Below, piece after piece: positions 45,039-52,062 of a DNA stretch of 52,062 bases. A program made the translations under genes and the position numbers. The notes below the pieces were generated by a model. The model saw only the letters and a program-made list of their open reading frames with translations, was not told the DNA's origin and did no database searches. The DNA is taken from NCBI GenBank assembly GCA_013416795.1, contig RQSC01000013.1, positions 37,050-89,111 of the forward strand, read 5' to 3'. Each line of letters begins with the position of its first letter. Position 1 is the first letter of the stretch. This DNA is from Prasinococcaceae sp. CCMP 1430. Taxonomy: Eukaryota; Plantae; Prasinodermophyta.

Positions 45039-47845
45039 TCAGCTCTCTCGGCTCTTGGCCCCATCGGCGCCCAGGCAAGCCAAGGCCGCGACGAAGCAGC
45101 GCGCCTGCGTCTGCGCAGACTGCGCCGCCACGACTTCGTAGAGAGCACGGGAGAAGGCGCCAGACTCCTGGATGCCCTGCTCGATGAGTCTGCGCGAGCC
45201 CGGCCAGTCGAGCGGGAGGACTTCGTCGGCCAAACGGGTTCCCGCGCCCTCCTTGCCCATCACCCGCACAAAAACGCGTGCCCCGCCCCGTCCCGCCACC
45301 GAATCAACCACACAGGGCCACCACCGTTCGCCGGTGGGAAGATTCTGGCCGCGCGCCCAGCCGTAGTCGCCGGCCCTGAGCTGCGGGCTCTGGCTTGCGC
45401 TGGGCTCGGCCTGCGAGGGCCGCGCCGCCGCGCGTGCGCTGGGCTCGGCCTGCGAGGGTCGCGCCGCCGCGCCGTTGGGCGCGAGCGCAGGCTGGTCCGC
45501 GTGGGCGATGCGCAGGCTCGGCGGCTCCCACGACCTGTGCACGGACGGCGCGCCTCCTCTCGAGGCCTTGGCCAGCAGCGCCTTGCGGTAGTTTCCCCAG
45601 TCCTCGCCGGCGCGCCCATCGTCCTCCTCCTCCTCCTTGACGGGCGCTGCAGCAGCCCTCGAGGGCCGCGCTGGCGCGCGCGGGATCGCCTTGGGCGCCG
45701 CAGGCAAGGGCTTCTGCGCCGCAGCTGGTGCGGGCCTGCGCGCGAGGGCGTGCCTCTGCTTCGGCGGCGGCGCGGTCGGCGCGGAGGGCGCGGGCCTGGT
45801 GGCCTCGCTGGCAGGGGGTGCGAAGTAGCGGAAGCAACCACCCGGACCGATGTCAATGTCATCGCCGCCGGCGAGCACGATGCCGGGGCCGTGCTCGAGC
45901 ACCCGGCCATTGACGCGCGTCGGCACCGCTGCGAAGCGGGACTTGGTTGCCTTTTTCATGCACATCTCGGCGACCACCTCCGGCACCTTGCCTGCCTCGA
46001 CGCGCACCACCACGCGCGAGTGCAGCTTGAGTGGGAGGCCCTCGACCACGAAGTCAAGGTTCTGCGCCCACCGCTTGCCGAAATGCACGGCGCGCTTGCC
46101 GAGCAAGCGGACCGGCTCGCCTGCGACCTTGGTGCGCGCGACGTCCTCGTAGCGCTGCACGGAGCCGTAGTCCCGGCCAGGCTCGAACGCGTCGAAGACG
46201 CCCTGGCAGCTCAGGCACTCGAGCGTGCGATCGTCCGCAAACCTCCTCACGCCATCGGGCACGCACGACACGTGGTAGCTCTTGACGCACGTGATGCACC
46301 TCAGCAGGCGCAGAGAGTCGCCAGACATCTCGCACAGATCGCAAAAGTGGGACGGGCACACAAAGGTGGTGGACCCGGCGTGGTTGTTTGCCGTGCTCAC
46401 GGTCTTGCGCGTGCCGAGACGCCAGCGCGTCAGCCTCATCTCCTTCGCGCAGCTGAGGTGGTAGCGCTTCGGGCACACGTTTCCCTTCCCGCACGGCAGC
46501 AGGTCATTCCCCGGCAGCGCCGGCTTGCCGCAGTAGAAGCAACAGTTGTCCTTCTGCACGCAGTCGGTGCACAGGAAGTCCTTGGCCGCGTCGGTGCCGG
46601 GCGTGGGTATGGGCTGGTCCGAGTCGGCGCACTCGAGGTGGAACGGGCGCTTGCACAGCTGGCACTGCAGCATCGCCCTGCCCTCGAGGCTGCCGCCGCA
46701 AATCGCGCAGTCGTTCACGCGGTTGTACGAGTACGCCTTCTTGGTGGGGGCGCCGGTGGCCGCCGCCGCGGCCGCGCCGGCGGACTTCGGGGCAGCGCCC
46801 CTGGCGCGCTTCTTCTGGACGCCGCGGTCGTCGTCGCTGCGATCCCCACCGGAGTCGTACGCAGAGCCCGCTCCTCCCTTGGAGGCGGCGCGCTTGCGGG
46901 AAGCGCCCGAGGCCTGCTGACGCCCATTGTCAGCCGCGGCGGCGCTCCGCCTCTCCTGCACGGCCACGCGGCGCTCGCGCCGCAGCTCCCACGAGCTTAC
47001 GCGCTGCGACTGGCCCGGGTTCTCGTCGAACTCGACGGTGATGGCCTCCCAGCCGTTTGAGGCCATGCGCTCGGCCGACACCGCCGTGACCACGCCGCCG
47101 TACCAGTCGCCGTGCGTGAGCGGCTGCTCCTCGTCAGGGAAGTACATGGCTGCGCGGTCGCCCGTTGCCCACCCCGCCCTCATCCCCTCCGCGTACTCGC
47201 TCGCGAGCACGAGGTAGTTCGGGCAGTTGATGTCGGGCACGTAGTCGACCGCGAAGATGGCGCCGTTTCTCTGGCGCTTGAGTGCGATTAGGGCCGAGAG
47301 GCCCGACCTGGCGGCCTCGCTTGGGTTGCTCTCGCGCCCGTAGGCAACGCTCTCGACGGTGCACAGCTCGTACGCCTCCAGGGGCGCCGACTGCTCCTCC
47401 GTGAGGTGGTCGGACAGGCTGAGGCGCTCATCTTCGAGCGCACCGGCGAGGTAGCCCTCGAGAAAGAAGACGACGTTCGCGCCAACCTCGAGCTCCCCCC
47501 TGGCACCGATGGCCATCACGCCCGCACCCTTGGTGAAGTCGCTCGCGGCGATCGGCTCGCCAGGCATCCTGTAGGAGGCGAGCACCGTCTTCCGCGGGGC
47601 GACGCCACTTTGCGACGCACCGCCTGCGCTATGGGACGCCCCCGCACCGCCCGCGGCTTGGGCCATGTGGCTCGGGGTGGCGTCGCCGGCGTCGCCGGCC
47701 GCGGTTTTTGCGCGGGCGCCAGGGCTCACCGGCGGCGCGGCTCGCCCCTCTCCGCCAATGCTGCCACTGCCGCCGCCGTTGGCGCCAGCGTCCTGCCTCG
47801 GCCTCTGCGGCAGAGGCAGCGTCCCCAGCCCGGCAGCCGCGGCCG
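45039..47845 (-). CDS. Multi-domain chromatin reader: BRWD/PHIP-like ancillary/Tudor region, three PHD-type fingers, FHA-like segment and PWWP; 5' end in gap
   Basis: CTVESVAY..PNYLVLASEY..WYGGVV..WEAITVEF..VSSWEL; CAICGG..CQLCKRPFHLEC; CFYCGK..CPKRYHLSC; CPSHFCDLC..RCITCVKSYHVSC; VNG..LAGGDDIDIG; GDYGWAR..WWPCVV. Confidence 0.75.
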
Positions 47846-48773
47846 NNNNNNNNNNNNNNNNNNNNNNNNNNNNNNNNNNNNNNNNNNNNNNNNNNNNNNN
47901 NNNNNNNNNNNNNNNNNNNNNNNNNNNNNNNNNNNNNNNNNNNNNNNNNNNNNNNNNNNNNNNNNNNNNNNNNNNNNNNNNNNNNNNNNNNNNNNNNNNN
48001 NNNNNNNNNNNNNNNNNNNNNNNNNNNNNNNNNNNNNNNNNNNNNNNNNNNNNNNNNNNNNNNNNNNNNNNNNNNNNNNNNNNNNNNNNNNNNNNNNNNN
48101 NNNNNNNNNNNNNNNNNNNNNNNNNNNNNNNNNNNNNNNNNNNNNNNNNNNNNNNNNNNNNNNNNNNNNNNNNNNNNNNNNNNNNNNNNNNNNNNNNNNN
48201 NNNNNNNNNNNNNNNNNNNNNNNNNNNNNNNNNNNNNNNNNNNNNNNNNNNNNNNNNNNNNNNNNNNNNNNNNNNNNNNNNNNNNNNNNNNNNNNNNNNN
48301 NNNNNNNNNNNNNNNNNNNNNNNNNNNNNNNNNNNNNNNNNNNNNNNNNNNNNNNNNNNNNNNNNNNNNNNNNNNNNNNNNNNNNNNNNNNNNNNNNNNN
48401 NNNNNNNNNNNNNNNNNNNNNNNNNNNNNNNNNNNNNNNNNNNNNNNNNNNNNNNNNNNNNNNNNNNNNNNNNNNNNNNNNNNNNNNNNNNNNNNNNNNN
48501 NNNNNNNNNNNNNNNNNNNNNNNNNNNNNNNNNNNNNNNNNNNNNNNNNNNNNNNNNNNNNNNNNNNNNNNNNNNNNNNNNNNNNNNNNNNNNNNNNNNN
48601 NNNNNNNNNNNNNNNNNNNNNNNNNNNNNNNNNNNNNNNNNNNNNNNNNNNNNNNNNNNNNNNNNNNNNNNNNNNNNNNNNNNNNNNNNNNNNNNNNNNN
48701 NNNNNNNNNNNNNNNNNNNNNNNNNNNNNNNNNNNNNNNNNNNNNNNNNNNNNNNNNNNNNNNNNNNNNNNNN

Positions 48774-49468
48774 CGCCACGGGCCGCGTCGGACGCCGCCG
48801 ACGCCGCCGATGCGGCCGCTGACGCGCCAGGCCACGCCTCGGTGGACGTGCGCGTAGCGGTCGCTTCGACGTGCGGCATGGAGCCGCGAGAGCGTGCGCA
48901 TCGCGCGGCCCTGGTGCAGGACATGCTGCGCGCGGCGGTCGGCGGTCGCGCGTGCGTCGACGCTGCGGCGCTGCACGCCCTCGGTGGGCGCTGGTCGGTC
49001 ACGCTCGACGTCGTCATCGCGAGTCTCGATGGCGGCGCATTCGAGTGCGCTCTGCTCGCGGCCGTCACGGCGCTGCGCAGCACGCGCGTGCCCACGCTTC
49101 GCGAGGGTGGGACGGGGGTTCAAGGGTCGCTTGGGGTGGCGGCGGGAGCGGGGATAGAGGAGGGTGGGAGTTGCGGCAGTGAGAACGACGCAGGCGCGTG
49201 TGCGCCGCTCCCGCTGCGCTCGGTGCCGCTGGCCCTCGGGTTCGCGCTGTTCGACGGCCTGGTGCTGTGCGACCCGACCGCCTTTGAGGAGTCGCTGTCG
49301 GCGTCGCGAGTCGTGGCGGTGGTGGACGCGGCGAGCGCCGACGGCGACGTGCTCGCGCTGCACTCGGACGGAGAGGGCGAGGCGGCCTCCGAGGAGACGC
49401 TCGCGCGCTGCGCCGACGCGGCCAGGGCGCGCGCCAAAGAGCTCGCGGCGCAGCTGCAGCTCGTGTGA
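48774..49468 (+). CDS. Exosome RNase PH-like subunit (RRP43/RRP42/RRP45 group); 5' end in gap
   Basis: WSVTLDVVIASLDGGAFECALLAAVTALRSTRVP..LPLRSVPLALGF..VLCDPTAFEE. Confidence 0.8.
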
Positions 49469-49626
49469 TTCTAATATCGTTGCCACGCCGCCAAGCGCGC
49501 ATCGCGTCGCGCGCTCAAAAGTGCGCGCGCGCCCTCGCCTGCGCTGCTGCCGGCCGGCGGGCCCGCGTCGTGCCGAGGTCCCTGCGCAGGGCGCGCCGCC
49601 CGCCTGCACTCCTCCAAGCCTGCGCC

Positions 49627-50927
49627 ATGACGCTCAGCGGCGCCGGCGGCGCGAACAGCGCCGGGCCGCAGGACGGCGTCGATGACGCCGACGCTGACGC
49701 GCTCCTGGCCGCCAGGCTGCAGGCAGAGGAGGACGCGCTCGCGGACGCGGCGCTCGCCGCGCGCCTGCAGCTCGAGGAGCGCCAAAGCGCTCGCGCGCGA
49801 GCCTCCGCGGCGCTCGCAGCCGCAGCCGGCCCGAGCAGACAAAGGCAAGGAAATCTCGCCATGCAGATGCGGCGCCGCGTCGAGGGCGCGCTGGCGCACG
49901 TCCAGGCCTTCGAGGACGCGCGCAACCGATCGCTCGCGCTCGCGGCGATGCCTGTCGAGCGACTTCGCGCCGAGGCCCGCGCGGCGGCCGGCGACGGCGC
50001 GCCCGAGGGCGCCACGCGGGACGCGCTGCTGCGCTCGCTCGCGGCCTGGTTCAAGGCGGATTTCTTCCGGTGGTTCGACGCGCCGCGCGGGGCGGACGGC
50101 GCAGCGCTGCCGGCGAGCGCCGTCTCGCCAACCGCCGAGGAGGCGGCGCACGGCGCGCGACGCGTCGAGCTGTATGGCGACGGCACGCGCTTCGCGCGGT
50201 ACAATGACCCGGCCAAGCTCCTCGAGACGCGCGTTGGGCGATGCGGAGAGTGGGCGAACTGCTTCTGCCTGTGCGCGCGCGCTCTCGGCTTCCGCGTGCG
50301 CCACGTCCACGACTGGACGGACCACGTGTGGGCGGAGGTCTACAGCGAGGCCCGCGGCGGCCGCTGGCTGCACGTGGACGCGTGCGAGAACTGCGTCGAC
50401 GAGCCGCTGCTCTACGAACGCGGCTGGGGGAAGCGGCTCTCGTACGTCATCGCGCTCTCGACGGACGGGGCCACCGACGTGTCGAGGCGCTACGTGCGTC
50501 CCAACACGTGGGAGGAGGTCCTGGGCAGGCGCACGCACCTCATGGAGCCCATACTGCAGGTGCGGCGGCGGCCGCGCGCGCGCGGCATCTGCGGCGCCTC
50601 GCCGCGCGTGCCACTCCCTCCGCCCCCGCGGCGGCTGACACGTCCGCTCGCGCCCGCCCGGCCCTCGACCGAACACAGGGCATGCTGCGCGGGCTGACCG
50701 CGCGCAGCCGACGGCGGATGAGCGAGGCGGAGCGCGCGCGCCTCGCGCTCGAGGACGAGCGCGAGCAAGAGGAGCTCGCGCTGAGGCTGTCGGGGGACTT
50801 TGACGCGAAGCAGCACGAGCAGCAACAGGGGCGGCCGCTGCCCGGTCGGACCACCGGCAGCGCCGAATGGCGGCGCGCCAGGGGCGAGCTCGGGTCCTGC
50901 GATCCCGAGGAAGGCGAGCGGGAGTGA
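49627..50927 (+). CDS. PNG1: Cytosolic peptide:N-glycanase (exons 49627-50559 and 50679-50927)
   Basis: RFARYNDPAKLLETRVGRCGEWANCF, DWTDHVWAEVYS and WLHVDACE (Cys-His-Asp triad), YERGWGKRLSYV and LPGRTTGSAEWRRARGE. Confidence 0.92.
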
Positions 50928-51003
50928 GGCGCGGCACCGGCGGCGCCCCCTCGCACGTAAGGTATCCGGTTGCCCTGGTGGTCTCATGCACGGTGCTACA
51001 CAT

Positions 51004-52062
51004 CTACGCCTTGCGCGCTGGCCTCTTTTGCGGCACGCAGCACTTGGACACGCAACACCCCGTTGGCGACCCCTCAGGCGAAGAGTTCGCGACGGCTGCC
51101 GCGTCTTGGGGCGCCGCGCGTTGCGCCGCAGCGGGCGGTGCGGCCGGCGCTAGAGAGGGCGCGCGCGGCGCCTCCCCCGCCGCGCCCGCGACCAGGAGAG
51201 GCGCGAGGCTGTCGCTTGCGCTCACGGCGGCGCGTTCCAGCTGCTCGGTGTGCGAGAGTGTCTCGCCCACGGGTGGGGGCGTGCGGATGGGCGCCCCGCT
51301 CACCTCCGCTCGCGCGGTGGCGTGGGGTCGCTTGGAGGCCGCAAACATCTCCGTCTCGGCGGTGCCGAAGGCCTGCGCATTGAGCGCGTCGAGTGCCTCC
51401 TCGAGCGCTCCACGGGCGCCGCGCGAGGCCTCGAGCGCGTCGCCCATCGTGCCGCCCGTGTCGCTGCCGCTGACGCTCTCGGCGCGCGACGCCGGAGTGA
51501 GCGTCCCGCTGTCCCCGAAGGGGCCCTCGCCACCGTCCCCGGCCGTGGCGACGCGCTCGGCGCCGCGGCGGAGGCTCGCCGCCTCCCCCGTCACAAAGGC
51601 CTCCGCTGCCGCCGCCGCCAAGGCCTCGTGCGTCCCCGCGCCCGCCTCCTCGCCTGCCGACCGCATCCTCTTTTGCAGTGCCCTGGCCATGAACGCCGCC
51701 GCCGCGCGGAGCCTGGCGAGCTCGGCCGTCAGCTTGGTGGCGTCCGAGGCCGCGGCCGCCTCACGCTCGCGATGCAGCTCCGCCTGCGTGGCGGCGAGCC
51801 TGCGCTCGAGCTCTGCGCGCTGCGCGGACGCCGCCTCGCGCTCGCGCTCGAGCCGCGCGGTGAGGTCCGCGCGATCGCGCCGCGCGTCCTCCGTCTCGCG
51901 CGCCGCCTCCTCCGCCGCGCGCACGGCCTCCATGTGGCGCGTCTGGGCTTCCGCCGTCGCGGCGGCGGCTTCTGCGAGCGCCGCCTCCTCCGCCTCGAGG
52001 CGGCGCTCGCGCTCGGCCTCGGCCTCGGCGGCGAGCTGCGCCCGCAGGGCGGCCTCGGCTTC
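51004..52062 (-). CDS. Unknown coiled-coil protein, 3' part (runs off the window end)
   Basis: Long Ala/Glu/Arg-rich helical ORF with strong GC3 bias; no family recognised. Confidence 0.6.
   Translation of the reverse strand, partial: EAEAALRAQLAAEAEAERERRLEAEEAALAEAAAATAEAQTRHMEAVRAAEEAARETEDARRDRADLTARLEREREAASAQRAELERRLAATQAELHREREAAAASDATKLTAELARLRAAAAFMARALQKRMRSAGEEAGAGTHEALAAAAAEAFVTGEAASLRRGAERVATAGDGGEGPFGDSGTLTPASRAESVSGSDTGGTMGDALEASRGARGALEEALDALNAQAFGTAETEMFAASKRPHATARAEVSGAPIRTPPPVGETLSHTEQLERAAVSASDSLAPLLVAGAAGEAPRAPSLAPAAPPAAAQRAAPQDAAAVANSSPEGSPTGCCVSKCCVPQKRPARKA

Overview
Gene-dense, very GC-rich eukaryotic nuclear DNA from a gapped short-read-style scaffold (six long N-gaps and three single-N joins at 32046, 33475 and 39497). 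Spliceosomal GT-AG introns with CTGAC-type branch points, nuclear genes for plastid proteins (PRPL1, single-chain CAO, CAS-like rhodanese, NTMC2T5-like) and an XEG113-like arabinosyltransferase point to a green alga, probably prasinophyte-grade; the species cannot be determined from the sequence. About 28 protein-coding loci or fragments and one tRNA-Asp(GTC) are supported. The best lead is the DNA primase large subunit (PRIM2), which appears as two tandem ORFs broken at the p58N/p58C linker, with a stop codon, a 467-nt spacer containing terminator- and promoter-like sequence, and a new ATG. Other leads are a QLQ-Alba fusion, an inositol-monophosphatase-family/EcKL-kinase fusion, a PNGase lacking both zinc-binding CxxC pairs, a bacterial-type AdhE whose only identified intron sits at the domain linker, a frameshifted BBS7, a multi-reader chromatin protein and a 633-bp-arm palindrome. 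Several genes lack a findable first exon or ATG, so assembly errors are a real alternative explanation for the structural oddities. Family assignments come from recalled motifs, not database searches.
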